NCBI RefSeq assembly: GCF_000142905.1 | Contig: NW_013657625.1 | Location: forward strand, 97,690-161,689 | DNA length: 64,000 bases | Direction of reading: 5' to 3' | Source: Thecamonas trahens ATCC 50062 | Taxonomy: Eukaryota > Protista > Apusomonadida | Part shown: piece by piece, positions 1 through 12,808 of the stretch | Layout: each line of letters begins with the position of its first letter | Numbering within the stretch: position 1 is the first letter of the stretch | Notes under the pieces: model-generated | What the model was told of the DNA's origin: nothing | Database searches by the model: none | What the model saw: the letters and a program-made list of their open reading frames with translations, nothing else | Translations under genes and position numbers: made by a program

Positions 1-296
1 GCAAACTTTGCCGACCACTGCAGTGGGCTCTCTGAGCCGCGAGCCTTTGCCAACGCCGGACCAGGACAGATCTTGAGGTTGACGCCCGGCTGATGTGTGT
101 ACATGCCAACAGAAGAGACGATGGACTGGATGAAGATGACCGATCCGTCGTTGTTGAAGATGATGAACGTGCCCGTCTCCAAGTAGTCGGCATCGTCCAG
201 CAGGTGGGTAGTCAGTGGCTCTCCGTCAGCAATGTCCTCCAGTTCCGTTACCACCTCCTCTGCTTTCCATCCCCGTACAGGTGCTCCAGCAGCCAT
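1..296 (-). CDS. N-terminal part of a gene running off the window edge, possibly Svf1-like
   Basis: Open minus-strand frame from ATG at 296 to position 1: MAAGAPVRGWKAEEVVTELEDIADGEPLTTHLLDDADYLETGTFIIFNNDGSVIFIQSIVSSVGMYTHQPGVNLKI. The ET.TF...G..FIQ.I.S.VG pattern recalls the Svf1 N-terminus (from memory, weak). Confidence 0.5.
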   Translation of the reverse strand, partial: MAAGAPVRGWKAEEVVTELEDIADGEPLTTHLLDDADYLETGTFIIFNNDGSVIFIQSIVSSVGMYTHQPGVNLKICPGPALAKARGSESPLQWSAKF

Positions 297-839
297 TGGG
301 AGTAGTCGGGTGGGGTGGAAGGGGGGGGAAGGCGGTCGGTTGGTTGAGAACAGCTGCAGCGAAGCCAAGTCGTGCGATCAGAGAAAAAGGCCGGGTCAAA
401 CCCAGGTCATGGGATGGGTGTGAGTGTGAGGTGTAGCGATGGATATCTTACGGATTTATTGTTGTTAGATAATGAGATATGTGTTTGGAGAAGGGTTTGG
501 GAGGATTGAGTGATGATGACGTGGGTTGCTGATGTGTGTGACGATGTGTGTGTGATGTGTTTGACGAGATGGTAAAGTTGGTCGGACGTTGTTGGGGAAC
601 GTAGCTGTGATGTGATGGTGCACACGATGGTGCACTCGATTTAAAGGGTAGGAGGATGGATCGATCAAGTTGAGGAGGTGTGTATGTATGTGTATCGTGG
701 AGATGTGGTGGATGCAGCCGAAGTTGTTGACGGCTGCCGAATTTATTTGTGTGCAGCCCCTGTGCCCCGTGGTGCGGGAGGACAGGAAGGCTGTACACTT
801 GACCCTCTGCACACCTAGCCCGTGCAAAGGCTTGAAAGG

Positions 840-2092
840 ATGTCGTGGTCAAGTAGCTCTACGGCTAGTGAGTCCGGGACAACCCAGTGGGAGTGCTCTG
901 AGACGGGCACTTCGTCGACAGCAATGGGGACGGAGACATCGACGACCTCGATTGGGAAAAAGAGCGCCCTGGGCTGTTTCGGGACCTACCTGCCGTTGTG
1001 GGTAGTGGCATGCATGGTTGTCGGCGCGACGATCGGGTCGTTGTGGCCAGAGGTGGCGGAGAGGCTTGATGAGGCGACAGTGGAGCAGGTCTCGCTCCCG
1101 GTTGCTGTCCTCATCTGGATCATGGTCGTTCCCATGGCGCTCACGGTTGACTTTGATGCCATCCTTGGCGTCTTCCGATTCCCGCGCGGCCTCCTGGTCA
1201 CAACGGCCGTCAACTGGCTCGTTCAGCCGTTCCTTATGTACGGCCTCGCCACGCTGTTTTTCAGGCCATCTACACGTCGGTTGTGAACGATGTGTTGGCG
1301 AAGGAATATGTGGCAGGCGCTGTCATCCTCGGCGGCTCGCCGTGTACAGCGATGGTCTTTACGTGGTCAGTCCTTGCCCGCGGCGATGGTGCGTACACCC
1401 TCGTCCAGGTCGCGCTCAACGATGCGCTCATCTTTGTGCTTTATGCGCCGACGATGTTCCTTCTTCTCTCGGCATCCGACATCCACGTGCCGTACATCAC
1501 AGTCGTCATAGCGGTCCTTGTCTTTGTGGCCGTCCCCTTTGCCTTTGGCTTTGTCGTTCAGAAGTTCACCCCGTGGGCTGACTCTCTCGCCCGTATCCTC
1601 AAGCCGTTCACCATCGTCGCCCTCCTCGCCACCCTCCTGATCATCTTTGTCTTTCAGGGTGAGCGCTTGACCGATCGCTGGACAGACGTTCTTCTCATCG
1701 CCGTCCCGCTCACCCTGCAGACCTATCTGGTCTTTGCCATCGCAGCTGTCCTCGCCTGGTACGCCCGGCTTCCGTTCAATGTGGCTGCGCCTGCGACCTT
1801 TATCTCCGCTTCCAACTTTTTCGAGCTCGGCGTCGCCGTTGCCATCGCCTCGTACGGCCTTGATTCCGGTGCCGTGCTTGTCAATGTGGTCGGCGTTCTC
1901 GTCGAGGTTCCCATCATGCTTTCGCTTGTCTGGTCCATGAAGAAGGCGCACTCTATATTTGATGCGCGAGCCGGCCCGGCGAGTGACCATGATTCGGACA
2001 TTTCGTCCGAGGCATCGCCAAAGGACTATGGGTACAGTGAGGACACGATATACGATGCGTCGGCGTCGTCAGGTGGCGCTTCATCGAGTTAA
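840..2092 (+). CDS. ACR3: ACR3-family arsenite efflux transporter (BART superfamily), with an apparent 1-nt frameshift
   Basis: ORFs 822-1286 and 1283-2092 join into one protein: YLPLWVVACM, PVAVLIWIMVVPM, NWLVQPFLM, GGSPCTAMVFTWS, YTLVQVALND, ISASNFFELGVAVAI, VGVLVEVPIMLSLV. Adding one T at TTTTT 1257-1261 restores LFF-QAIYTSVVNDV. Confidence 0.92.
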
Positions 2093-2422
2093 ACCCAGAG
2101 CCTCTCTTGTGCCGTGATGGAGATAGACGCCAGCTGCGGCCGCTGGAATACATGAATCAAAGATCGAATGCGGCAGTATGGCAACAAAGTGAGTCTGCAA
2201 GTTATGAGAACAGTTGACGTCATTGTACAAAGTGGCGTATCCCTCGTTGGTCACTCGTACTCGTTCTGACTGTCCGACTGACCACCGACAGAGGCGGACC
2301 GGACCGACTGCTCGATCAACACCGCCACGTTGCCACAGCCGACAGGTCACACTGCCACAGGGTCCACAGATCTACAGAGGCACAACCACTTCTCTTCCCC
2401 CCCCCCTCCCTCCTCTTCCCTC

Positions 2423-2522
2423 NNNNNNNNNNNNNNNNNNNNNNNNNNNNNNNNNNNNNNNNNNNNNNNNNNNNNNNNNNNNNNNNNNNNNNNNNNNNNN
2501 NNNNNNNNNNNNNNNNNNNNNN
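2423..2522. other. Assembly gap (100 N) flanked by poly-C tracts
   Basis: Run of n characters in the sequence. Confidence 1.
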
Positions 2523-2629
2523 CGACTACCCTCCCGTCGGTCCCGTCCCAACGTAATAACCCCCCCCCTACCCCCCCCCACCCCCCCCCCCGACCCCCAC
2601 CCCTCCTCCCTCCACCCCTCCACCCAGCC

Positions 2630-5055
2630 ATGTCGTCCAGGGACGAGCTGTTGGCTGCTGGACGGGCAAAGGTACGAAGATTGTGATTGTGATAGAAGTA
2701 GAGGGATGGAGTATGTGTGTGTGGTTGTGGATTTGGTTGTGGCTGTGTGTGCTGGCGAGCTGGAGCCGTGTTACTGGCTGGGCTGGTGATGCAAGGGCCG
2801 CAAGCCGAGCTAGCTGGTGATGCAGGGCCGCAAGCCGAGCTGGAGCTGTCTTGGCGATGCAGGGCCGCAAGCCGAGCTGGAGCTGTCTTGCTGGCCAGCT
2901 TAACTGGCTCTCATCCCCTGCAAGATCTATGCTCGACCAACGCTATCGCTTATCCTCCCCCCCGTCCCCCCCTCCCCCCCCCACACACTTACATCTCAGG
3001 CCTGGCCCTGCCGAGAGACAGTTCAACAGATTGAGGTCAAAGAAGAGTAAGGGCCGTCGTAAGAAGAAGGCACAGGAGCCACCACCCAGTCAACCATCAA
3101 CCGTGGAGCCGACGCCTTCTCCCACCCCCACAACCCCCCCTGTCTCTGCCACCGCACTGAAACCCGCACCTGCACACGCCCCGGCAGCGTTGCCTCCTCC
3201 CACGTCTACTGTCCCCAAGTATGAAGAGGGCAAGTCCGTGAGCACCCGGATCCCGCGGCCCAAGGCGGCCGTCACAGCGCCGATCACCCCGCCCGCCCGC
3301 CCGGCCCACTTGCTACGGGAAGAGACCCCACCGCAGCACTCGCCACAGCCCGAGACGCCGAAGACGCCAGCACGCAAGCCCCCCCCACCAACTACCGCAG
3401 AATCACCAGCAACACGGGTCTTCAACCGCCACGCAGAAGCTATGGCCCGCTTTCAGGAGCACACCCAGGAATCGGCCCGCAAGGCGGCGCAGGCCCGCGA
3501 TCGTGTCGCCGCGTCGTCGGCCCAGGCATTGGCGGTTCGCCACGCCGTCTCTCCAGCCCCACCGGTGCCGGTCGTCCCCGCTCCGACAGCGCCAGCTTCC
3601 GTCGAAATCACTCATTACCTCGAACGGCTCGCCGAGCAAGAAGAGGCCATCATTGCACTCGAGCGCAAGGTTTCTGCCAAAGATGATGAGCTCGCCAATC
3701 AGGCCGAGCGTGTGGCCGAGCTGGAGGCCGACTGCCAGTCGCTGCGCACTGCTGCTGAGGCTGCGCGCGTGGCCAAGGAAGCCGCCGAAGGCGAGCAGGC
3801 CTCGCTGCGAGATGCGCTCCACATGAAGACTTCCGACTATGTCAAGCTCAAGGCCCAGCTGCACGAAAAGTCCATCAAGCTCCAGCAAATGCTCGAAGTT
3901 AACTCGATCACCGCTTCCACTGCAGCTGGAGACTCGCAGGAGGACATCCTCGCCGGCCTGCTCGGCCCCAAGCGTTCAGGCGCGTCGTCAGCCGGCTCGG
4001 CGTCTCCTGCCACCGCCAACTCGCCTCGCTCCGTCTCGTACACCGCAGTCATGGCCTCCAAGGAGACTGGTGCTGCTGCGGATGACCCCCAGCTCCAGGT
4101 TCGCAAGATGTATGAGAAGATGCATGTCTATCGCTCGCAGGTCAACAAGGCTCGCGACGCCAATGCCGCTTTGCAGGCTGAGCTCGACGCTGCCCGCAGC
4201 GACGCTTCGGTCGCCCGCGAGGAGCTAGCCACCATCAAGGCATCACTCCATGCCTCGCTCGAGGACCTCGTCGCCGAGCGTAACCGTCTCGTGAGCGAGC
4301 TTGTGCGAACCCAATCCGCACTCGAGTCAGCTCGCGCTGCCGCTGCCGAGCCCGCTCCAACCCCGACCCCGACCTTGACCCCGACCCCGGCTCCGATTCC
4401 GGTCTCGGTCCCTGCTCCAGAAGCACCGGCCCAGCCTCCCGCTTCAACTTCCGAGCCTCCAGCTCCCACTCCGCCCTCCACCGAACTCCAAGCCATCCGC
4501 GCTCGCCTCGAGGAGACCACGCGCGAGCTTGCCCAGGCCCAGACCCAGGAGGAAGCCCTGGTGATCAAGGTCCAGAAGCTCTCGGCCGATCTCGAGCTTG
4601 TCACTGAAGACCGTGACGCGCTGCTCGGTGCGCTTGAAAAGAACTTGGCCACCATTCAGGCACTCGAGCGCGACAACTCGCAGTTTGCAGAGACTATCAA
4701 CGCCACCGTGGCCATCCGGGCTGCGCCGTCTGGCCCGCCAGCACCACGCTCGTTCTACGATGCCAACCCGGTCCTCCAGCCGCCGCCGCACATCCCAGCC
4801 CGCCACACCCCGCGGCGCAGTGAGACCACGACAGCGACCACATCCGCCTACGCGGGCTCGTACTCGGCCTCGGGATCTGCCTCGGCCGCGGGCTCGATCT
4901 CACCCGCCCATGGTCACGCCCAAGGCCACGTAAGCCCGCATCCGGCACCTCACGCCCAGCCGCCGCGACCGCCATCACCCAAGCCTTTTGTGTTTTCGCT
5001 CCTCTCCTGGTTTACGCCCGCCTCACTCGCCGAAGATCGCCCCACCTTGGAATGA
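2630..5055 (+). CDS. Golgin/GM130-BLISTER-like coiled-coil protein; exons 2630-2671 and 3022-5055
   Basis: Exon 1 is MSSRDELLAAGRAK with donor gtacga; acceptor acag at 3018-3021 gives FNRLRSKKSKG. The LAAGR.K..RLR.KK start resembles golgin/AKAP9/BLISTER N-termini. Pro-rich region followed by long heptad repeats. Confidence 0.65.
2788..2890 (+). repeat. Intronic imperfect tandem repeat, 3 copies of gatgca(a)gggccgcaagccgagct
   Basis: Copies start at about 2788, 2819 and 2856 inside intron 2672-3021. Confidence 0.85.
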
Positions 5056-5124
5056 ACACACTGGCTCTATGTCGTCCGAGTCGCGCGCCTAATCGCCGTT
5101 CGTCGTCGTCCCCCTCCCCTCCCC

Positions 5125-8100
5125 TTGCCCAAACTCCCCACGTGCAAGACCACACCCCACCTCGCTTGCTCAAGGTACATGTACCGGGTAGACGCCCAGA
5201 CGGGGGCACTTGCCGCAGGAACGGTGCGGCTTCGTGCGGCACCGTCGCCTGCCCAGGTGGTGGACGGCTCGCGGGAGTTCGTCCAGCCGCGCGGTCTGGC
5301 GCGGCTTCCGCCACTTGCTCGCCATCATCAGCACGAGTCTGGTGAGGAGGCAAGGAAGGGAATGAGCGCGACGAAAGGCGGGCATGAGCCGGATGGTCAA
5401 GGCGGAGGAGCAGGAGGTGAAGATGTGCCGCTGGATGAGCTCGTCTCGCCAGCAGACATGACCGAGAGCATCCGCTACCTGCTCGACGTGCTCGACGACT
5501 CGGCCTCGGGCAAATGGAGGCTGCATCTGGCGGATCATCATCGCCGGGCAGACAACCTGCGTCGTCGAGCTCGGAGATTCGAGTCGACCAACTGGTCATC
5601 GTCAGAGTCGTCGTCGATCTCGTTGGACGGTATCGACGGCCTCTCGCCACGGCGTCGTCGTCGCCGTCGCCGTCGCCGGAGTGGCTCTCGCCGCGGCTCG
5701 GTGGCGCACTCGCGGAGCCACCACGGTGACGACGATGGCGAGTCGGACTCGGACCGCGGCCCGCTGCCAATGCATGAGCCGGTTGACTTGGAGGACACCA
5801 TCATGCGCACCTTCCCAGGTCTTTACGGCATCACTCGCGTGGCGCGCGAACTCGACGCTGTCTCCCGCGAAATCGATACTACCATGAAGCCGCTGGTCAT
5901 GCCCGGCCAGGAGTTTATCGACATTGACCAGACTGTGGCGGCCAACGAGATTCTGGTCGAAAAGCAAAAGCGCGCCATCCACATGGTGCTCGAGTGTTTC
6001 GAGAAGAACTCGGTCTACCGCGACAACGCCCTCGAGTCGCTTCGCGTCTGGTTTGAACTCACCCGCTTCTCAGAGCTCGAGGGCATCGAGAGTGAGTCAG
6101 TCGAGGACTTGCCGTCGCAGGCCTCCATTAACTCGGCCATACACCAGGTCACCTCCAACTCGCGAAGGCTCCGAAAGGTTCACCACGACACGCTCGAGTT
6201 CTGCAACTCACAGATCTCCCGTGCCACCGCTACCGTGGGCAGGATGTCGCAGGCGCAGATCGCCGATCTGCAGCATGCGCTCCAGATGGCGTCGTCGTCG
6301 CTCGAGCAGCTCAACGCGGAGAACACCACTCTGGGCCACCAGCTTGTAGCGGCCCAAGAGTCGGCCGCAAGTGCCAACGCCCAGCTCAAGGAGGCTCGGG
6401 TCCTGTTGCAAGACTCGCACGTCAAGTTTGACGCTGCGCTGCGCACGTCCGAGCAAGAGGCCGCCGCCAACATCGGCATGCTCCGCAAGGAGCTCGACGA
6501 CGCGCGCGTCGAGTTGAAGAAGACCGAGGAGGCGTACAAGGCGGCAGCCAAGGACAACACCGCTGCAGACCACCGCAAGATCATGCTGTTTCTCGAGGGC
6601 CAGTTTGGCTCGCAAGTGTCTATCAAGGGCTACATGCGCGCCATCATGACCACCGTCGCCGACGCTCGCAAAGCTCAGGCCGCGCCCCACGCTGGGACCA
6701 ACATGGCGCACGCCGCCGAGCTGCAGATGGTCCGCGAGCAGTACAAATCGGAGCTCAACCGTCTGCTGGCGCAGCACGAGCTTGAAATGCAGGACTTAGA
6801 AGCTGCGCGGGATGCGGCGCTTGCAGCCGTCTCGAAAGAGCTGGAGATCGCACGCGACGACATTGCCCGGCTGCAAGAAGAGCTGGACATGGTCGACATC
6901 CGGTGGCACGGCAAGATGGAGGCGCGCGAGAAGGAGCATGCGGCCCGACTTGATCTCGCCCAAGGCGGCGATGGCTCTGGCATTGGAGGAGGTGAGAGTG
7001 GTGGTGCAAGTGGCAGCGGCGGTGAGAAGGGCCACGAGCGCACCAGTGGCAAGGGAGGCACAGGCGGTAACCGTTCGCTTCGCGAGCAAGTCAAGCGCGC
7101 AACTGCCAACCTCAACGCACGCGTTGAGCGTCTTCAGCAAGAGCTGGCCGAGTCGAAGCGGTACGCTGCCGAGTTGAAACGCCAGCTCGAGCAGCTGCAG
7201 CATTCTTCAGTGCCGGATCGCTCGGTAGGGAGCACAGATGGCCGACGCCGACCGTCCGTGAGCTCGGTGACTGCGTCTGCCGCGGCTGGCGACTCAGATC
7301 GGCTCGCCAAGCGGACTCAAGTGCTCACCACCCAGTTGCGATCGGTAATGGCGTCGAAAAAGGAGCTGGAAGAAAAGGTTGAGGAGCTGGAAGCCAGGCT
7401 CACGGCTGCTAACCGCTTTCCGAAGGGAAATGGAGCCACTGAGGCCCAAGCCCCGGACAAAGTCGCTTCCGAGCCCCGGACAAAGTCGCTTCCGAGTGGC
7501 GAGCTGAACCCGAGCTCGAGCCCGAGCCCGAGCCCGAGTGGGACATTCGGGAACAACTCACAGCGGTGCTGCTCGACCTGCCATCCACGTCGGACGAGCT
7601 CATGATCTTCCTGGCGACCGCCTCTCAGTCGGAGCTCTTGGCCAAGTTCTACGAGCTCGAGGCGGCGCTGCAGACGTCGCTGGAGCGGGAGCACTCGCTT
7701 GAGTCCAAGTTGGTGGCGGCCAAGACCGAAGCTGCAGCCGAAGACCGAAGCTGCAGCCGAGGCTGCCCACGGAGCCACATTTGTGACGTCGGACGCTGCG
7801 ACGCAGACGCCGGCTTGGTTTGGAGACTCGAATCCCACGATGCCGCGCAGTGCAGACGTTCCGACATCGATCTCATCACCCGCGCTGCCAGGTGACGCCG
7901 ACTTGAGCGTCCCACAAGATGGCAACCTTCCACGGACGATGTCGGTGGCTGTGCGAAGCCACTGGCCGGCGCGCGAGACGTGGTCCGTCTCGTCGGGTGA
8001 GTGCTCAGACGACGACGCACAGTTTGTGTCACTTGCCGGCTCGCCACCGTCATTCTCGGGCTCGCCACCGACGTCGCTGGCATCGCCTCCTCCTCGTTCT

Positions 8101-11100
8101 ACGAGGCTTCCCCGGGCTGCCACAGTGGCCAGCATAGACTCGGACGATGATGGTGATGGCGACGACGCCATTAGCGTCGGAAGTAGCGAGGCGTCCGGCA
8201 GCGGTGGATGGGGGGGAGGCCCGGCGCTGCCTGCACCGGCGCCTATTCCCGACCTTGGCCCGGAAGCTGTTGCGATGATGGTGATGGCGACGACGCCATT
8301 AGCGTCGGAAGTAGCGAGGCGTCCGGCAGCGGTGGATGGGGGGGAGGCCCGGCGCTGCCTGCACCGGCGCCTATTCCCGACCTTGGCCCGGAAGCTGTTG
8401 CGCTACAGACACAGGCCGAGTGGGGCCCGTTTGAGACCCTCAAAGCTGTTGTGAACAAGTGGGATGAGCTACACGCGGCCGAGGACGAGTTGCAGAAGGA
8501 AATCGCTGAGCTGCAGAGCGAGAAGGCGATGGCGAGCTGGCCGACGCGGTGACCCGTGACGGAGTCGAGGCGCGGCTGGCAAAGCTGGAGCGGTCTATGC
8601 TTTTCCTTCGAGCGCATGGCTTTAACGAGGTGGATGTTCACGCATCGGTCGATGCATCGCTTGGAGTGCTGTTTGCGACGTCGCCGTCGTCCGTGGAGCA
8701 TGTGCGCGGGACTGTCCGCCCCATTCTGGAAGCGATGGTACGGGCGCGAACCGATCTCTCGCGAGAGCGGTGCAAACCAGCAGCGGTGGCGCGGCAGTTC
8801 AGCGAAGTGCTTGGCGAGGCATGGAGTGCGCTTGACGCCTGCCTGCATGAAAACGAGCTGGCAACACACGAGAGTGTGGCCAAGATGACGGCGATTCGGC
8901 AAGTGGTGGGTGACTTGCGCGGCCACCTCGGAACGCATGTTAAGGCTGTGACCAAGCATGGTCACTCTGCAGTGCCCGGTAAGACGGTGCGCAAGTTCCG
9001 CAAGCTTCTTGGCTACGCCGGCGAGTACATGGACGCACTGCCCGGGCGCGTGGCAGCCGCCGCCGTGCGGACGCTCTCTGCGCCACGGGACAAGATTGAT
9101 GTGAGACGCGATCCACGGGCGCACGAGCTTCTCTCGGCGTTTGCCACGTCTGTCTTGGAGCCGCTTGCTGAGCAGGTGCGTGAGGCACACCGTCTGGCTG
9201 GCGAGGCACGGCTAACGACGCGAGTGGAACGGCTGGAAAGGGCTCAAGAGCTGCGCGACTTGCTCCGCGGCATGGCGAGCGAGGTGAACAAGGTGGTGAG
9301 TGCTGCTGTGGCATACACGCCGCTGGCTCGGTACCTGGATGTGCATGCGACGGAGCTTGACCGAGCGCGGCGGGGGCTCAACGAGGCCACAATCCAGTTT
9401 GCACGGTCGCCTGTGACGCCGTCGTCGCGGGTCCGTGACGCCTTGATGGGGGCCGTTGCTGAGGTTACCAACGCGCTGCACTCATGGAGCCGCGAGAGCC
9501 TGGCTGAGGCAGGCTTGTGCCCCACCCAAGTCGAGCTTCTCAGCGAGGTTGTTTCCGCACGGGCAGCAGGCAGCTGGGCGCGCGTGCGTCTCAATGAGGC
9601 TGTGGCTGTGGCACGGAAGACCATTTTGAGCATCCGCGACGCGGCTGATCACCGAGCGCTGCAGAGTCTACAGGAGCGCGCGACCGATGTTGCTGCGCAG
9701 ATGGAGATGTACGCTGAGTGGCTGGTGGCGACAATGACCGACGGCAGTCAGCGTGGCGTCATTCTGGTCCGGGCTCGGATGCTGGCGGACTCTGTGCGTG
9801 ATGCGTATGCGGTGGCGGCTGGGCGCTATGATGGGAGGGCAGAGACAACTGCGTCGCATGCGCTCCGTGTACGGATGCTCGATGTCAAGGCGCGACTCAC
9901 TCAAGCTTTGCAAAAGCGCGAGATGCAGCAGATGGAGCTGGAGCGAGTTGTGGTCTCGTCGTTCACTCCGCTGGCCAAGCTGATGGTTCACAGCGGTGGC
10001 GGCGACAGTGGCCAGCCAAGCAGCGACCAGGGCTCACCTGGAGCCAAGCCGTTGCGCAGCGGTGGGGGTGGATCCGGCCCTGCTGCTGCCGACGCAGGCA
10101 GCAGCATGGCGGGCGCTGGCCCGAGCATTCCGCTGCCAGACAAGAACGCGTTGCTTGAGCAAGAGCTTCAGCGGACGGCAGAAGAGCTGAAAAACCTTGA
10201 CGCGGCAGGATACCAGGGCATTGGGCACGAGTACAAGAGCGCACGGAGCCGCAAGTTCCACGGATCAGGCTTTGGTGTCCATGTCGATGTCCAGGGGAGG
10301 CTGTTTGTGGGCCGGTCACTGCCGAAAGACTCTGCCTTTTACGGCATGGCAGAGCTAGCCGACGCTGTGGTGGTAGGATCGGCGCTGGGTCCGGTCAAAG
10401 ACGAGCCTACGTCGCCGCACGAGACTGAAGAAGCTCGCTCGTCACGAGTGCTGGCGCAGATGGAGGCGCTGACCCAGGCTGGCACGCTTGAGGAAGGGCC
10501 GGCGGCACTGATGCTGGAAGCTGTGCTTGGGGCCGACGACGAGGGCGAGGACAGCAGCAAGAGTGAGTTGAGCGATGAGGCGAGCAAGAGCAGCAAGGCT
10601 CGAGCGAATAGCAAGGTGCTGTTGGGCTTGCGGCGGCTGTACCTTTCGGCATTGCATGCAATGCGGGAGATGAATGACGGCTTTGCGGCGGTCCATCAGG
10701 CTGTCGGTGCGTTTGGCAGCTCTGTAAGACGGAGTCTTGGCACCGGTGCGAGGCTGCTTACGTTCAACGTAGGCGGCTTGGAGAGTAGCTTGCCGACAGA
10801 AGGCGAGCAGTTGAGCTGGCAAGAGTCTGTCCGCTCGGACATCGACTCGCTTACCGAGCTTGTCATCGCGATTCAGGCACGGATTGAGGGCTTGAGCGAG
10901 ATTGCGCGTCAGCAGCAGGAGCAACACGGAAGTAGCGGAGGCAGTGCCGGGCACAGCGGTGGGCCGTCTGCGGCGGCACAGGTGCTTGAGATGCAGCTCT
11001 CGCTTGCAGCGGCTCGGGCGGATGTCAAGGCGGCGCAGCGGATGGCAATGGAGCGGTCCCGCGGCGAAGAGCGAGCGCGGCGACAGCTCGATGGGTTCCG

Positions 11101-11647
11101 GCAACGTGAGGGCTTTTTGGTGCACACACTGCAGGCCAAGGACGCGGCGCTTCGCGAGCTGCGGGCGCAACTTGTCAAGCTCCAGCGGGCGATCGAGGCG
11201 CACGACAAGTGGCTTAAGCTGCATCGGGTCGACGAGGAGGCCATGCTTGCGGCGGTGGATGCCGAGCGTGAGCGGATGGTGCGACAGGCGGCGGTGGATG
11301 CGCAAGAGGTGGCGTACCAGCGAGAAGTGCGAGCATTGTACGCGCATGCTGAGCGGCGGGCTGGCGGCGAGCGGCGGGCTGGCGGGCGGCGGGCCGGCGA
11401 AGGCGGGGGAGTGATCGAGGTCGGTAAGCTGCGGTTTGAGCTTCCGCATTTGGCTTCACCGGTGATGGATCCCGCTGCGCGGAGGGTGGCGAGCAGCTCG
11501 CCGCCGCGGCGGTACTCTACAGTGCGGTCGCCGTCGCCACGGAGCAGCGGCGCCGGAGTCGGGCGAGGCCGCGGGATCGGGCGGACCCGTGTTCGTGGCG
11601 AGGCTGGCGGGCTGCGGATGAAGTCTTTCGCGTCCAAGTTTGTGTAG
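5125..11647 (+). CDS. Very large (~2000 aa) coiled-coil protein of unknown function, frame-interrupted (possible pseudogene or assembly errors)
   Basis: Consecutive overlapping ORFs 5125-7605, 7566-7895, 7699-8454, 8208-8552 and 8549-11647 with continuous heptad-like sequence. Breaks coincide with exact 23-, 19- and 128-bp tandem duplications plus a 1-nt shift near 8530. The start codon is uncertain. Confidence 0.65.
7449..7494 (+). repeat. Exact 23-bp tandem duplication (agccccggacaaagtcgcttccg x2)
   Basis: Copies at 7449-7471 and 7472-7494. Confidence 0.95.
7722..7759 (+). repeat. Exact 19-bp tandem duplication (aagaccgaagctgcagccg x2)
   Basis: Copies at 7722-7740 and 7741-7759. Confidence 0.95.
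8145..8400 (+). repeat. Exact 128-bp tandem duplication
   Basis: Copies at 8145-8272 and 8273-8400 (cgatgatggtgatggcgacgacgcc...gaagctgttg), identical including the G7 run. Confidence 0.95.
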
Positions 11648-11721
11648 CTCTCCACGGATGGCTAGTCTCCATGCTAGTGCAGGTGCAAGCGTTGTGCCAG
11701 TTTGTTTGTCGGGTAAAAAGG

Positions 11722-12738
11722 TTACAGCTCGTCGTCCGAGCCAAAGACAGGAGCGAGGCCGGCGCCGAAGCGATCGGCCTCAAGGTCCTCGTCCGAGTCA
11801 TCGACGAAGCGAGTGGGCGGGGCGGGGGCACCCGAGATGGCCATTGCCGGAAAACCAGAGGCCGGGCCACCGGTGAGCATGGGCATGAGGACCTTGACGG
11901 AGCCGACGCCGCCGACAACGCAGAGGACGGTGATGAGGAAGAGCGGGACGATGGCGACAGCCTTGGAGGTGGACTTGAGGTTGGCGGGGGCAGAAGCGGT
12001 GCGGACGGCGGTGGCGAGATCATCGGGGGTAGCCGTCACACGGTTGCCATTGACAAAGAGAGCAGGAACGTCATAGATGCCATCGGCAACGATGGCCTTC
12101 CAGCGGGCCTCCATGTTAGCATCGTGGCCCTTGAGGGCTTCCTTTGAGTCAACGCCCGTCACATCCTTCAGCTTGTCAAAAAAGGCATCGTCCGAAGTCG
12201 TTTCGACCAGTTCCGACTGCTTGGAGAAGACCTTTTCCGAGTAAGACCACCAAAGACTGTCAGCATCACCTTCACCCGACATGGCGGCGTCCAGCGAGGC
12301 CGTGGCCAGACGCCACGAGTGCTGAAACTGGGGCATAGGCAGAGGGTATCCCACCACATGCACATCATCCATGGTCTTCAGCCTGTTGTACAGCACTCGA
12401 GACTCTGGGCATGAGTAGTCTGCACCATATCACCCATACCCATCCCTGTGCTGTGAGTGTGTGTGTGTGTGTGGCGGGGGGAGGGGGAGGGGGGGGGGGA
12501 GGTGTGGTGGTGACAGGATCCGAACATTTCTCCAGGTGATGAACAAGTGTGCGGGGGAGGGGAAGGGAAAGAGGGAGGGGGGGAGGTGGGACAGTCAGGG
12601 CATACCAAGGTAGACTTCCACGAGGATCCCGTCCGAAGGGCCCTGGGAAAAACCAGACACAGGGGAGGCATGGCATTGGTTGGTGGTGGTGTAGAGGCAC
12701 AGGAGGAGAAGGAGATAGAGGTAGCTTTGGGTCGCCAT
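11722..12738 (-). CDS. Secreted/membrane DsbA-like thioredoxin-fold protein (CPES, CxxS); exons 12738-12606 and 12419-11722
   Basis: Signal peptide MATQSYLYLLLLLCL. Splicing the gtatg...tgcag intron (12420-12605) gives VEVYLDYSCPES. cis-Pro loop GIYDVPALFVNG, C-terminal TM helix, ends GSDDEL. Spliced length is 831 nt (3n). Confidence 0.75.
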
Positions 12739-12766
12739 GGTTAGGGGGCCGAGTGGTTGGTGGGCA

Positions 12767-12808
12767 GGTTGGTTGGTTGGTTGGTTGGTTGGTTGGTTGG
12801 TTGGTTGG
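12767..12808. repeat. (GGTT)n microsatellite, about 10 units, in a divergent promoter region
   Basis: ggttggttggtt... just upstream of the DsbA-like start codon. Confidence 0.9.

Noticed and set aside
2788-2890. Three spaced ~23-bp repeats resembling a mini CRISPR array
   Set aside because: Spacers are very short and related to each other, there are no cas genes, and the repeat lies in a spliceosomal intron. It is a simple minisatellite.
7540-7542. GGG undercall as the cause of the first frameshift in the giant coiled-coil gene
   Set aside because: The exact 23-bp duplication upstream explains the same shift and matches two neighbouring events. Not fully excluded.
12767-12808. (GGTT)n as a possible telomeric repeat
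   Set aside because: Short, internal and not a TTAGGG-type unit; a microsatellite.
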